Positions 24,698-39,704 are shown, counted from the stretch's first letter. The stretch: DNA of 64,000 nucleotides from Cycas panzhihuaensis (GCA_023213395.1 CM041465.1:191339741-191403740), one strand, 5' to 3'. The notes: generated by a model not told the origin, from the sequence alone. Numbers and translations are program-made.

Positions 24698-27600
24698 TGT
24701 AGCAAGCCCCTTAGTTTGGTTGACTTCCAACATAGCTATAAAACCGACTTGAACATAAATATATTCTGCTAAAGTTCTTCCTAACTATCATGGCCAACTT
24801 AGTACTTATTTTCTGGTCAACTTCATAAGGTGTTCTGGCCAAGCCAATTCAGGAGTTAGCTGAAGGACTATTTAAGTAGGTTGTTGGGTGCTCTTAGGAT
24901 CATCATCAAGCTATTTTCATTGCTATAAATTTCAGCTCTTGGGATGCACCTTTTGGAGAGCACCTTGCCTCGAAGAGGGATCCAATTTCAACTTCATCAT
25001 TTGATTATTTTTCAACATCATTTTATATATAATTTGTTCGTCAATTATATGTTATTTAGCTTTATCACTATTTAGTTCCAGACGGTTGTTTTCTAATTTA
25101 TTTGCAACTACAATTTGTGTTTAGGGGATGATATTTTGGTTAAGTATTTTTTAGAAGAAATGTGTACTACTTTTCAACCCATCCATAATTATCGCTACAT
25201 GTGGTATCAAAGCTTTATTTCGAAGCGAGATTTGTAGTAGTTTCCACTCGAAAAAGGGGGTAAAACGTTTTCCCTCATAACGAAATTGAGATTAGGAAAG
25301 ACCACTACTTCAAGCAAAATGGTGCTTCAGACCTCCAAATCGGTTGCAGAAGTGTTTAGACGGGTATATCAAGTTAACAACAATGTAGCCCTATTTCAAA
25401 ACCAATTCAGAGATTTAAAAGTTGATATCGAAAAGATATCAAATATTCTTTCAAGTCAACAAAGGGACTTGGACCCATAGAAGCATTTAAAAGAAGATGA
25501 GGAGATCGAGGAAGAAGTGAATAATGTAGATGTTCAACAAGTCTAGGCCTCAAGGGGACTAAATTCCTATTGAAAAAATCTGACCCAGAGAAATCCAAGG
25601 ACATATGTAGTTAGATCTTACAAATGGAAGTATACTTAGTGTTTCCTTAACCAACAAGGAGAAGTTGGCAATAGTCGCTCTGTGTTTTTATGAAAAATCC
25701 TTATAATATTACCACTAGTGGCAGAGATTCTATGAAGGGACAATCCATTACACTTGGATTTTCCTAAAAAAAACTTTACTTGACCAATACAAAGACATGA
25801 CAAAAACTGATTATTTTGCCCAACTCACTAAAAGCTACAACAGATTGGAATGGTGCAAGTTTATACAAAACAATTTCAAGTTTTACACAGCTTGGTTGAA
25901 GCTCATATTAGCGAATAGAAATTAGTAGAGAGAATATTAGGTACTAGTTGAAGACTTTAGATATGAGCTTTCTTAGCAATGTTATTCGCCATGTAAGGAA
26001 TGGTGAGATAAAATTTAGAGAGAACAAGCAAAGCTTTATTCGTCGAGTTGGTTTTCCAAGACAGCTTGGCTAGCAGTTCATACCGAATTGGACACAATCT
26101 AGAACTAAAGCAGGGGCTCCTATTGCCCAAAAAAAGTGAAGAGCAATTATTAAGGGTTGAACACATTAAAAATGGAACTTGTTTCTGTTGCGGTGGGAAA
26201 TAGAATAGCGATCATAAATGTCCTCCTAAAAAGATGTTTATGATAAGCAATGAAGGAAAAAATATTCACAAAGAAGTCGATGAAGAAATTGTGGAAGAAG
26301 AAGCTATGAGCAATGAAGATGAAGCTGAGTTAGACAATATCTTAAAAACAAATCCAGATAACGTTCAGATATCTCTCCAAGCAATTATAAGGGAAGTACA
26401 CACACCTCAGACCTTACGATTCTCAAGGATGATCAAAAATGGAGAAGTTTCGATCTTGGTAGAGAATGGGAGTCCTCATAACTTCATAAATCGGCCTATG
26501 ATAGACAAGTTAGGGCTTCAATTTAAGCCACTCAACATTTTCGAAGTGTCTATCGCAAATGGGAAAACCATGCCTTATGGCAGATACTGTCAACAAGTAA
26601 ATCCACAAATTGTTGATTACTCAACTTCAACCGATATGTTCACCATGGCAATTAGAGGGATCAACTTGGTTTTAGGAGTCTAATGGTTGCAAACCTTATG
26701 TAACATTGTTACCAACTACCGTACGCATTTCATGTGCTTTCACCAAAAAGGGCATTAATGCAAGCTACAAGCTCTAGAGGTACCTCCTGTACAAATGGTG
26801 TCGTCGCAACAAATGGAAAAACTACTTTGGAAGAATTCCACTTCTTTCACGCTTTCTTGTTACAAAATAATTGCAAAAGAAGCCCCATCTGAGGTTCAAA
26901 CCTTCATTGATTAGTATAGTAGGGTGTTGAAAGAGCTCCCTCCCAAGCTAAGTCCAAGTCGTGGGTGTGAACATGCCATTGAGTTGGCTCCACAATTAGC
27001 CCCAATTAACATTAGTCCATATCGACATCCATTTCACTTTAAACAGGAGATTGAACGCATTACACATGATCTCTTGCAATAAGGTATCATCACTCATAGC
27101 ACTAGGTTGTTCACCTCTCTCGACATACTCTCTAGGAAGACGGATGGATCGTATTGAATGTGTGGTGATTATCAAGCTCTTAATAAGATAACCATCAATA
27201 ATAGATACCCAATTCCACATATTGACGACCTTCTGATGAATTATATGGAGCTAGGTACTTCTCCAAAATCAACCTACAATCTGGGTATTATCAAATCCAC
27301 TAAGAAGGAAAACACTCACAAAACGACAGTTTGTATGCATGAAGGACTGTTCAAGTTCTAAGTTATGTCGTCCGGGTTGACAAATGCTCCAACAACCTTT
27401 CAAAGCATGATGAACCAAATTCTCAAGTCATACATACAAAAGTTTATTTTGGTTTACTTTAACGATATCTTAATTTGTAGCCAAACTTGGCAGGAGCACA
27501 TACAGCATATTCATATTATACTTCAACTTTTATAGGATTAACAACTCTTTGCCAATAGGAACAAATGTTCATTTGGCCAGACCAAATTAGATTATTTGGG

Positions 27601-29995
27601 TTATACCATCACTTCGGAAGGGGTACAAATTGATCCAAAGAAGATTGAAGCAATCGTCAACTAGCCAACACTGATAAATGTGTCAAGAGTACATGGATTT
27701 TTAGGAGTTGCAGTATTCGTATGCAAGTTTATTAAGGGTTATGCTCACATAGCCACTAACTTAACAGATCTAACTAAGAAAGATGCATTTAAGTGGGCAC
27801 AACTAGCCAAGAGTGCTTTGCAGCAATTAAAAGCAACTACAATCGCAACTCTAGTCTTAACAATGCCCAATTTCATGAAACCATTCGCTATTGAATGTGA
27901 CACATCAAGTTTTGGTATAGGTGTGATGCGACATTCTTCTAAGAAGGAAGGTCGATTACATACAAAAGCCAAAAGCACAATGCCCAAAAATGCCTGAAAC
28001 CCATATATGGTAAAGAGATGATGACTATCATGCATGCCATCCATCAATGGCGGCAATACTTGTTAGGAAACAAGTTCATGGTTAAAACGGATCATGATAG
28101 CTTGATGTACTTTCTTAACCAAGCATCCTTGACAGACGAACAACAAAAATGGTTGAGTAGATTGCAAGCCTCTAATTTCTTAATAATTTACAAAAAGGTA
28201 AAGGAAAATATCATAGTGAACGCACTGTCCAGATCATTGGCAGAAACTCAAGAGGACAAACTACTTTCTTTGAAAAGCATTATAGTGATAACTCCAAGCT
28301 AAACCAAATAATTAATCCAAGGTTACACAAATGAAACTCATTCCCAAAAAGCCTTGCAAGAGATAGAGAAGGGAATTAATATATAGTATACTCTTCAGGG
28401 TAAATTAATCCTAAGAACGGGGAAAGTGCTAGTTCCTGTGGCCATAATAATAAAAAAGATCTTGGAAGAAGCACATTGCTCCGCGTCGGGAGGCCATACA
28501 CAAATAGAGAAAACTTACTGGAAAATTAGGGACAATTTTTTCTAGAAAGGAATGAAAGCAGAGAGATAGAAGTTTGGAGCAAAATGTGATCTCAGCCAAT
28601 GAAACCATAGCGAAAATCTAAAAAATCATGATTTACTCCAACCACTACATATTCTAAAACAAAAGTGAGAGGAGATATCTATGGATTTTATCATAGGATT
28701 ACCTAAATCGGAAGGTAAAGAGACCATTTTTGTAGTAGTAGATCACTTAACCAAATATGCACACTTCCAAGGAACACGAACAGTGGCTAAAGCACCAAAA
28801 ATAGTGGAGAGTTATTCATCAAAGAGGTGTATCGACTCCATCAATTCCCAAAGGTAATCATTAGCAATCGTGACCCCAAATTTACTAGCCATTTATGGCA
28901 ACAACTATTCAGGTTACCCGATACCAAGTTGAATATGAGTACGACATATCATTTACAAATGGGCTGATAACTGAGGCTATAAACAAATGCCTCAAAGGAT
29001 ATTTACGTAATTTCGTAGTTGAAAGACCACATAAATGGCACAAATGGCTTCACTTAGCAAAATGATAATATAACACAACATGTCATACTGCCATACTACA
29101 CTACGATAATCTGCCATAGTATGGTATACTTCGGACCCTACAAATTTCTAGTCAAGGTTGGTGAAGTAGCATACAGATTTGAACTTCCCTCAACCTGTCA
29201 AATCCACAACACATTCCATGTCTCCTGTCTCAAGAAGAAACTTGAAGAAGTTGTTCCGATCCAAAATGATTTGCCCATATTAAACGAAGAAGGAAAGATG
29301 CTAGCAGAACCAGAAGGCATCCTACAAAAGCACATCAAAAGTTTATGTTTTAGGGAAATCAAAGAATATCTTATTAAGTGGAAGATAGGAGATAACAGTG
29401 ATGTAACATGGGAAACAGAGGAATGATTACAACAATACCCCAACTTACTCGTGCCTTGAGGGCAAAGCGCATTTTCAAGGGGTGGGACTTGTAGCAAGAC
29501 CCTCAATTTGATTGACTTCCCACATGGCTCGAAAATTGACTTGAATATAAGTATATTATGCTAGAGTTCTTCCCAACTAATGTGGCCAACTTAGTAGTTA
29601 ATTTTTGGCCGACTTCATAAGGTGTTCTAGCTGACCAATTTAGGAGTTAGTTGCAGTACTATTGAAGTAGGTTGTTGGGCACTCTTAGGATCATCATCAA
29701 GCTGTTTTCATTGCTGTAAATTTTGACTCTTGGACTGCACTTTTCGTAGTGCACCTTGCCTCAAAGAGGGGTCCTATTTCAACTTCATTATTTGATTATT
29801 TTTAGCATCATTGTATATATAATTTACTTTTCAATTATATGTTATTTAGCATTATCACTATTTAGTTCTGGACTGTTGTTTTTTAACTTATTTGCAATTG
29901 CAATTTGTGTCTAGTGTTCAATATTTTGGTTCAATGTAAGTATTTTCCAAAAGAATTATGCACTATTTTTCAGCCCATCTATAATTATCGCTACA
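24698..29995 (+). mobile_element. Full-length decayed chromovirus (Reina-like size, 5.3 kb)
   Basis: LTRs 24698-25199 and 29490-29995, TSD TCTAT/TCTAT, PBS TGGTATCAAAGC at 25202, RT (DYQALNKITINNRYPIP), RH, INT, chromodomain EYLIKW..VTWE. Related to the 14135 element. Confidence 0.95.
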
Positions 29996-30199
29996 TCTAT
30001 CAATAACAATCCCAACAATTTGCAAGTGCAAACATCAATATACGAAATGTAGATTTGAAATTACACTGAACTTGAACCAACACATGTAAAAAGCAAAAGG
30101 CAAAAAAAGAGTATACCTCCCTTGCAAGTTGGGAATCTCCCATCCACCAAACCTTGGGAAAATAGGAAACAATCCCATGGTTACCAACCTGAGAAGATG

Positions 30200-30900
30200 T
30201 GTGCTCCAAACGCTACCTATATAATACGAATAGGGTTGTCCATTACACATAATGCTATAGAGATCATAAGAGTTTGTAGCCTCTCCATCCATGTCCAATC
30301 AACTATTGATAAGATCAACCCCGAAATCTTTGCACCATAAAAAATTATGGATCTAACAAAAGCATTAAAAAATAATCATTTGGTTGAAACACGATATAAA
30401 TTCCTCCAAAAACATTATCTCTCAAGCAATAAGGAGGCTGCATGTCATCCGTTAATCCAAGGCTAACTAGTTGGGCATATACTAAAGATGGGACAAATAA
30501 ATTGCACTCCTAAATAGGGATAAGTTGAAACAATATCAATTTGTCAACCTCATAAAGTAAGTAGCTTAAAGGGACCATCTTCCAATGTGTTATAGACCTT
30601 GATCTTACTTTTATTTAGGTCCATCTAAAGTTTCTTATGATACTAGAAGCATGCCAAAACATCTAACTATTTGCAAAGCCCTTCAAAGTGGATACGAGAA
30701 GAACAACACCATTGGCAAATAATAGGATGGTGATTGGAACATTAAACAAAAAGGATCCATTCTTATCTAAGGTAACTTCCTAAATGCCCTACTCCAACTC
30801 ATCAAAATAGAGACCAAATAATGTCGAAGAAAGAGAGCATCAAAGCTTAATCTCGATAGTGTTGTGGATCTAACATAGAAAGTGGTCTCCTCTCTACAAT
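30200..30900 (-). mobile_element. Degenerate LINE RT fragment
   Basis: Minus strand reads CSLSSTLFGLYFDELE..ILLFANGVVL, matching GCPLSPTLFGLYIDEL..LLFADD. Confidence 0.65.
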
Positions 30901-31049
30901 TTTATACAAGAGTAAAGGAAGAAACATGTTTCTTGAGAATAAGCTAAATTGGGATGACAACAACTAAGAGAGGGGAAGGGGGGGTGTGGGGGGGGAAGGA
31001 AGCATGACAAGCAATAGAAGAAAATCAAGAGCACCACATAGAGACACAA

Positions 31050-31750
31050 CGGAAGGAGACAAAATCATATCACAATGTGGGCCAAGATAAAAAAGATCCA
31101 AAACTAAAAATTGTTAGATTTAAGAATCCACATGGGGAAAATGTTCTATCTAATTTTGATTGCTTTATGCAATTGCATATTGTAATTGGCACTACTGAAG
31201 ATTCAATGGAGTTTCCAAAGAATATGGCATCCTATAAAGAGGATAGCATAGGATATACTTGCCCAAGCCTTGAGATAGCAAGGTCCTCTACGTTATGCCA
31301 GTCAAACATACTCATTAATAACCTTTTAACTCTCAAGACAAGAATTGGTAAAGAATGGGAAAGAGCATGCAAATTCGTTCCATCACCCTTGCCAATCCAT
31401 AAATGATGGTAACAAGGAGCAGACAATCTATGCCTTGAACAAGAGTGGAACCAAGAGCATTGCTCTTCATAGGTTATGAAGAGTCATGCATTTTCCACCT
31501 ATTAAATCTCATTCATCTTAATTAACTTGTTGTCAATCACTTACAAGAGGACATACAAATTTTCAATTGGGTTCTCCATCACTCTACCCTTATAAACATC
31601 AACACTTTTCCCTTCACATGTCCAAATGATCTCCCTTCTTTATGGAAAACAAAGAGAATCATCCATTAATGCATTATTTATGGCCAATAATCTCTACACG
31701 TGGTACTTAGCAATTGGCATATTCACATGTTACTTCATTGCAAATACGTG
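31050..31750 (-). mobile_element. Possible highly decayed L1 ORF2 fragment
   Basis: Weak resemblance only (HLWIGKG, RFNRWK). Confidence 0.3.
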
Positions 31751-34700
31751 ATAGAATCATTGATGCTTCATCCACCAATCGTTACTTGGATGCCACAAGC
31801 AGCCATAACATCTTGACAACAATAAGCAAGGACATGAAGATTTGTCACTCTGCCCATGCTTGGATGGGAAACATGTTAAGTGCGAGAGTTATACTTTGTA
31901 CCTAGTCAATAAGATGAATTAAGGTCACTAAGATGTGCCAATGATGATGCGCTATAGGGGTTTTTATTGTTAATTGTGTGACCATGATAACCAACAAGAA
32001 AATTGCATAGAGGCCATGTGTACCATAAATAAACACAATGAAGCCTCATTTGCATATCATATTCAACCTCCATTTCGCTTAGGCCATTTAAGTTCATTCT
32101 ATATATAAGACTCACATCAAAAGCTTCATTTACCATTGGACCCATCGAACATCATGGCTTTGGTCAACTTTAGAATTGCTACACTAAGTTCGTTCATTGT
32201 TTGACTCATATTTTATGTTGAAATTCTAAATGGTATTAAGGTATTTGGTATGGCACTATGATATTATTTACGACATGCATATATGCATCTCTTATCTTTT
32301 TTTATTTTTTCTCTTGATAGTGAACAATTATATTGCTACTTTATTTGAGTGTTGAGGATGCTTGAAAGTACTTTCAACCAAATTGCAAGTTTATGAACCA
32401 AAACCCATTTAAATTTATTTCACAAAGGCAACCATGTCCTCAAAATTATAGGTAGTAAAGGAATCTTGGGAAGCCAAAAGCTGGTACCATCATAGTTGAT
32501 CTATGAACCAAGGAAACCTTTGATAAATGCACTTGTCTCAAACCCCAAGGTTGTATCATTTATGTGCACAATTGACATTACTAGGCATGACAAAATATGT
32601 AAAATACATTGCATGCCTTTTGAAGGAAACAATAGGAAAGGTGGGACCTAATCATGTTTTTCAAAGTGTAACAAACAACATTAATTAATCTAGGGGAATT
32701 ATTGTAAGAAAGGGAATTCTCCAAATGTCTTTTTAGACTGAATGCACTACTCATGCATTAGACCTGATTATATAGAACAACGGAAAACTAGAATGGGCAA
32801 AGGCACTTATTGGTGATAATAAGTTAAAAAGTCGATCCCCAATAACCATTTCTCTCATTCTACACTTTCAGCAATATCAATGAAAGAGATTAAAAGCCAA
32901 ATGATACTAGAATTGCCACCAATTTTACATTAGAAAAATTGGCAAAAGTGGAAGTTGCTTTAAGACAAACAATTATAAGTGAAGATTGCAATAACTGAAG
33001 ACAATCTCAAGCTTTCGTAAGAAATCTTGTTCAAAGCTCTAGGTTGTATCTCTTATTTTGGAAAAATGGGAAGCTCTTTTTGAATATTTGCAAACTTATA
33101 GCATAGATGCTTAAAATTGTTCACAGCAATAAACCATGTCTAATCTATAGGAAAAAACTTACTATTTCATGACATTATCAAAAACATCTGTCCACATATA
33201 ACCTACAGTAGATAGTATCTATGTAGCCTTCCACCATGGTTACCAAGTTAGCAAACTGGATTCTCAAGTTTACATTAGGGGTCCCCTGGGTTTGGCGCAA
33301 CGTTCACCTAGACAGATTTAGTGAATCTGGATATGAATCCATGCATGACACTCCTTAAAATTAAATAAATGTGTTTAAAAACAATTAAAAAAAAAAACCT
33401 AAAACAATACTCAGAACTTAAAAGCACAATACCAAATGCTTTATATGAAATAAATTTTCATTTGAAAAGGAATTGAGTTCTTTGAACCTTTGATCCCACA
33501 AACCCCCAAACCTACATTGCCTTCTACACTAACCTTTCAAATTTAAGTAACCACATTAACCTATGCTAGATAGTATCTACATATCCTTCCACAATAACCT
33601 TGCATATTTAACCAACCATGTTAATCTACTAATACCTACGTAGCCTTCCACACCAACCTTTCAAATATAACCGACGACATATCTAATGTATAAAATTTAA
33701 AAACATAGAAGATTCCATTATGTGCAAATTATCACATAATATTTAACCTCAATGACCATCATTAAGAGGGTATTGTCATGGTAATTATTTACCACGGGTG
33801 TATACCAGTATATGTGTGTGTCTGTGAATGGCTGCCCAAGATGACTAATCCTATAGGCAAACATTAAGCCACTGACGCATTCAAAAAAGTGGTCCACAAT
33901 ATATGTATCCCGCATTAGAACTGAACTTTTCATAATCCACTTCATGTCATGTCTTATTTGTTAGGTCCCCATTGGCATAGAACTCACATACAGATTCAAG
34001 GAGGTGACATTGTGGTTTCAAAATTCTCGTTGACAGCTATTTCTGGAAACTGCAAAAGAAAATTCAAATGTTTTACAAAGGGCACAGGTGCTTTGGTAAA
34101 GACAGGCCAAAATCAAGCCCAAATAAGATTGTAAGGGCTGATTGGTGAGAAAACTATAGATATGAGATACATGAATTCTGGAATTTGGCAATCACAATTT
34201 GAGCCAAAAGGCAAGAATCTAATACAGTGGGTGAAATTGAAGTACATGTGAGATTGTGCATTCTCCAAGGAAAAAAAGACGGGCAAAATGTCAGGCTGAA
34301 GTTTGAATCCATGTCCACAACAATCTTTGAATGCTGATGAATGCAAAATCAATAAGCAGCTTTGACATGAATTGCAACAATTGATCCTGAATATATTCAT
34401 GGCAAGGGTGGAGGGGAAGTAAATGATGTTATGACCACATTGTGGGTTTGGCCATGTCAGATACTAAAGCCCGATTTCGCAATATTGACAGGTAACATTT
34501 AGCATGAGGCCTGGTTTCCTATGCTAAGCCCTAGGCATGCAATATGTATTATGAGGAATAATTTTATAATGACATTGGTGTATTATACTTGTAGATCTCT
34601 CACCATGCAATATTGTTTAGATTGAACAATTTTTGCATGGTTTTCATTGCTCTACCTTCTAGACCAAAATTTTGATGTCTCACAAAGCCTATGCAACTAT

Positions 34701-36262
34701 CACTTGAAATATCATCCAATCATCTATTCAAAGATTTCCATTGTTCTTCATGTTGGTACACATATCCAAGTTCTACTAGGCACATCATTCAAATACTTGC
34801 ATTCTGCACATACACACAGCACTTCCAAGGGTCATACTATGCATATCATAACTAGTGGGGTGGGAGATACGCCATCTGAAAAATGCAGGAAATGCAGGAA
34901 AGAATACAACAGTATATGCTTTTAAAAAACACACAAAAGTTTAAAGGCTGCACCAACAGGATTTAAATCTTGTATTTCACTGCAGATCTAAGTAGGTTCT
35001 ACATTTTGTTTGCAATATGAGCAAGATTCTGAATTGTTTCCAATATACAGCTGGAACAGAAAAGATCAGAAATCAAGTTTCATTATGTGAAACATGTGCA
35101 GATTTATGCACCTCCAAACTTAAGGAAATGCGTCCAGAAGGGTAAACATCAGAAATGGAGTTTCATTATGTGAAAAATCAACAGATTTATGCATTCAAAA
35201 ACTTCAAATCCGATATATCCCTGCAAATCAAAATCTGAAGATTCTTGCAACCACAAACTTGGAAATTTCTATTCCCCTGGTAACAGAAGGAGACTCTACA
35301 ATATTTTTTAGCAAAAAATAACAATCAGAATACTCTTGAAGGAAAAACACCACCTGGAAAGAAAATAAACATAAAAGAAGTTAAAATCAACACCCCCCCC
35401 CCCCCCCCCCCACACACACACAAAAGGAACACTAATTTGTAACAGTCAAATACCCACAAATTTATACAACATAAATAACCCTAGGACAACATAAACATTA
35501 CTTAATACCAGTGTCTCCTGTAATGCAGATACACATCTCTGAGTTTTAATGCATATATCTGAGTTTCATGATAAACATTTCCCTAAGGAATCAGGATTCT
35601 ATAGCAAAGGAAACATGAATAGATGTTTTGGCCACCTAATCCAATTGCCCAGACAAAAGAGTGATACAAATTTGCATTGGTCTTGGATATAATAGTTACA
35701 TAGAAGTTTTAAAGGGGTTCAAACAGAATCTGAACATGTGAAACAATCAATGCAAATTTGACCCCTTCACATTTTAAATGTTAATTAGGTGAATGTTACC
35801 TAAAGTTAGGCTACTACTAACTATGTTTATAATAACTGTCTGAGGTAAATGTTAGTAGGTTAAATATTAATTCAATTAATATTATAAGAAACAGATTAAT
35901 AGTAAAATAGAACCTTCCAACATCTCTCAACTGCTTTTCAATGTAGCTACATCATATAAATGATTTCATAGTTACAAACTAGTCTAACCATTGTGAGACC
36001 ATCTAGTTTATAATATTTATTTGGCATTCATATAGTCCCAACATGTGTATATCTTATTTTCTAAGAGTCATCCCTCTTAAAGTGTCCTTGAGATACAAAG
36101 TCTCTTGCAGACCCTTTCCTTTTTTGTATGCAATGGTTTGCACAAGTACATTGATTAAACATGAAGAGCCACTCAACCATTCTAAATATGAAAATAGAAG
36201 CATAAACAAAATAGGAATACAGCAGGTTATAGAAAAGCAGTTGCAATTATCCAAGGGCTTAC

Positions 36263-36365
36263 CAATCCAGCACTCCATTCTTGCACATGGAAATATCTTA
36301 ATAACATCTGGAGGATCCATGCCAATGTTTAAACACAGCACCAACGCAACAGATCCTGTCTTCAT
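36263..36365 (-). CDS. RAPTOR: Internal coding exon of RAPTOR (TORC1 scaffold, N-terminal conserved RNC domain)
   Basis: cag|[34 protein letters not shown](G)|gtaagc matches RAPTOR/KOG1 [33 protein letters not shown]. 103 bp with canonical AG/GT splice sites. Confidence 0.92.
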
Positions 36366-36680
36366 CTGCATACAAATGAAACATCTGTGAAGAAATCAAC
36401 CATTGAGAATGGAAAAACGCTGCATGAGTGTCCTGATACCAGGTAGTAACAATCAGAAGACTTTATGGCTTATTGAACCATTAATTGTTGAATAGGGAAT
36501 CAAAGGGATACAAGCTTATAATGAAAAATGCCTACACCCAGAAGAAATATATAAGAAGGTGAATTTGCAATAAATACACTCCAAATTGACAGCATTATAT
36601 ACATTTTCAGACAGGCTCAAAATTTCTTAAATGGTAAAACGTTTATTAAAAAAACTGGGTAAAAAAATTGCTACATAGGC

Positions 36681-39600
36681 TGTTATGGACCTATACCACT
36701 AATGGTAGTCGCCCATAACTATGGCTAAATCATGGACTAATAGAACTTAGTCTAAAATATAATTATTAAAAGTCGATTTTATTATTATTATTAAGGACTA
36801 GGTATTTTATTATTATTAGAAGTTGACTTTATTATTATTAAAAAGTTGGTTTTTTAAAAGGTAATAAATTTTGATACCTATAAATAGAGGATTATCATTC
36901 ATAAGTAAGTCATCTTTTGTGAGTTAATTCATTTGGGGTCTTTTGACCATTTGGCTCTTTGGGACTTCATCTCAACTTTCATTTCAGTTTTCTTTTGTGT
37001 TCATGGAAGTAAATCCAATTTGGGATCACTTCAAGTGGTATCGGAGCTTCATTTTTGGCGTATCAAAGATCTACATTTTTGAAAGTATAAGCAAAAATAA
37101 TTCAAGAAAGTAATCACAAATTTGAGTCGACCATGCCTGTTCTGCGCATTTTGAGTGGTTATACTACATGGTTTGAAGCGAACTATCAAAAATTGTAGGG
37201 ACTTCAATTTCAACCTACTATCTATCATTGTATTTAAGGTCTAAAATCTATTATTGCAACTTCATACAGCCATAACTTTGGCTACAAGCGTCCAATTGAC
37301 CTCAATGTTTTTTTGAATCCATATGTCTCAACGTCTACTTTCCGTTGGAAGTGGTTTCAAATCCATTGGATATCAAAGTAAAAGGTTACTATTAATTTTT
37401 GCAACAAATACTACTGTGATCCCCAAAAACCCTAATCGTGACCCACCTTAAAAGGGCCATAACTTTTGCTACAAGCATCAAAATTCAATTTTGTCTGAAG
37501 CATTAGAACCTTGACTTAGAGTATTTCATTTCAAAGTATAATTTGACATACTTGGAGATGGTTTTATATGGTAGCCATTAAAAGATATTCAAAAGATCAC
37601 TAGGGAGGTTGTAAAAACTAGATCTTCGCTTAGGATTTCAAAAACCAAAGACAATCAAACATAAAAAAATAATGGACCAAGTTCCTAAGGAACTTTGAAT
37701 TCTTAAGCAAAATTCTAGCAAGCCGAAAGAAGATATAAATAAAAGACATGGAAGGCGTGACCTTCTAACAAACGAAGTAAACAAATTAAAGGATTCTGGG
37801 AAAAAGGAGAATACCAACAATGGAAATGGTAAGGGAGAAGATCAAAAACAGTATAAAAGATATAAGGAAGAGGATTGGAAGGAATATAAGAAATTTGAGG
37901 AACACCAACAGCCAATCTTTCGCTAGAAGCTAAAGTTACCAATCTATCTCCAAGACATTAATATTGAAGCAGACGAATGATTAGCAAAAATAAAAAATGC
38001 TATCGATGAACTCCATATCAGTAACACACATTGACAAATCCACTTCGCCATAGACCATCAAACAGGATCTATGTGTCATTGGGCAACACTCTGATAAAGG
38101 AAAGGAAAACTCACAATTTCAAATATTTTGTGGAAGCCTTTCAAAAACAAATGAAAGAACTCTAAATGGCTAGCACCTCCTTCACCAAGGGTCCCCTGCC
38201 ACAATCGACAATACAAACAAAAGTTCTCTATTCTAGAATAAATACGTCAAATGAAACGAATACAATGATGTAGCAAGAGAATGCTAAATATTAAATCACA
38301 CAAAGACAATTCGACGTTGTGGCACCGCCTGAAATCCCAAGCTCGGGATCCAAGAAAGTGAAGCCTAGCAAGCGAGGAAACTTGAGCTATCAAGATAATA
38401 GTTCCAACACAAGTAGCTCCCCAAGCATTATAGAAAGGGAGCAATTAGGCAAAAAAGCTACGAAAAGGGCACTAAACATTTGCCACACATGCAAAAACCA
38501 TTAGAGCAAAGAGAATCAATACATGAAGACTAATGAGAACATTGATATTGAAGGTGACAACGAAGAAGAATGCAAAGCAGACTTAGAGGAGGGGCAAAGA
38601 GTCAACCTACATGGCAAAAGCAAAAGCAAAGGATAGCCAACCTAAAGTTCTCTCACCAACCATGTTAAAGGCACCACAGGCTAACACCATCAAGCTCTTT
38701 GGTTACCTCGAAAAGGAAAAGGATGTGATTCTCATCAATCCAAGCAATGCTCATAACTTAATTGACACACAAATAGCCAAAAAATTAGGATTGAATATGA
38801 AGACAGAGAGATCCTATACCTCACACCCAGGAGGACAAAGCTTAGGCAGAATTGAACACCAATGACTTCATATAGCCAATTACGAGTTTTCGACAGATTA
38901 TTATCCCACTCTTATAGAACGATTTGACATAATCTTAGGTATCAAATGGCTATGGACACTTAGGACTTATGCCCTGAATCATGACAAGGGCTTTGTCAAG
39001 TTTAGAATCAATGGGCAAAAATACCAACTAATAAAAAGTCACACCCCAACACCAAAAGTTGAAAGTATAGGAGGTAGTGTGAGGAATAATTAGGTTATTG
39101 GGCAAAAATATCAACCTACCAAGATTTGCACCCTAGGATCAAAGGACATACTTGCAGAAAGCAACACAAAGAATGATTCACTAAAACCATGTTGGCTTCT
39201 TCACTATAATATTCTTCCAAACCAAAGAGCTAAAGGAGGGGCATTTTGTGGAACAAGGGTTAATCACCCAGGTCACCAACCTACCTCAAGAGAGCAACAT
39301 ACACCATTATCAACACTTTGTGGGCAAAGCGTGTTTCAAAGGAGCACGAATTGTTGTGGACCTATACCACAAATGGAAGTAGGTCATAGTTATGGTTAAA
39401 TCATGGATTAATAGAAGTTAACCTCAACTATAATTATTAGAAGTCGATTTTATTATTATTAGGGGCTAGGTATTATATTATTACTATTGGAAGTTGGCTT
39501 TATTATTATTAGGAAGTCAATTTTTTAAAAGGTGATCAATTTTGACACCTATAAATAGAGGATTATCATTCATTTGTAAGTCATCTTTTGTGAGTTAAGT

Positions 39601-39704
39601 AATTTGGGGTCTTTTTACCATTTGGCTCTTAGGGGCTTCATCTCAGCTTTCATTTTAGTTTTCTTTTGTGTTTGTGGAAGCAAATCCAATTTAGGATCAT
39701 TTCA
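36681..39704 (+). mobile_element. Non-autonomous Gypsy-derived LTR element (TR-GAG-like, 3.0 kb)
   Basis: LTRs 36681-37033 and 39352-39704, TSD TAGGC/TGGGC, PBS TGGTATCGGAGC at 37036. Degenerate protease ILINPSNAHNLID; no RT or INT seen. Confidence 0.88.

Noticed and set aside
34858-34875. MAYLPP resembling RAPTOR exon-1 motif MAYLPQ
   Set aside because: Only 5 residues, followed almost immediately by a stop, and in the wrong order relative to the real exon
35066-35204. Two-copy duplication with ~82-bp period
   Set aside because: Ordinary local duplication with no sign of function
36054-36262. ORF extension beyond the RAPTOR exon
   Set aside because: Intron read-through after the GTAAGC donor; homology ends there
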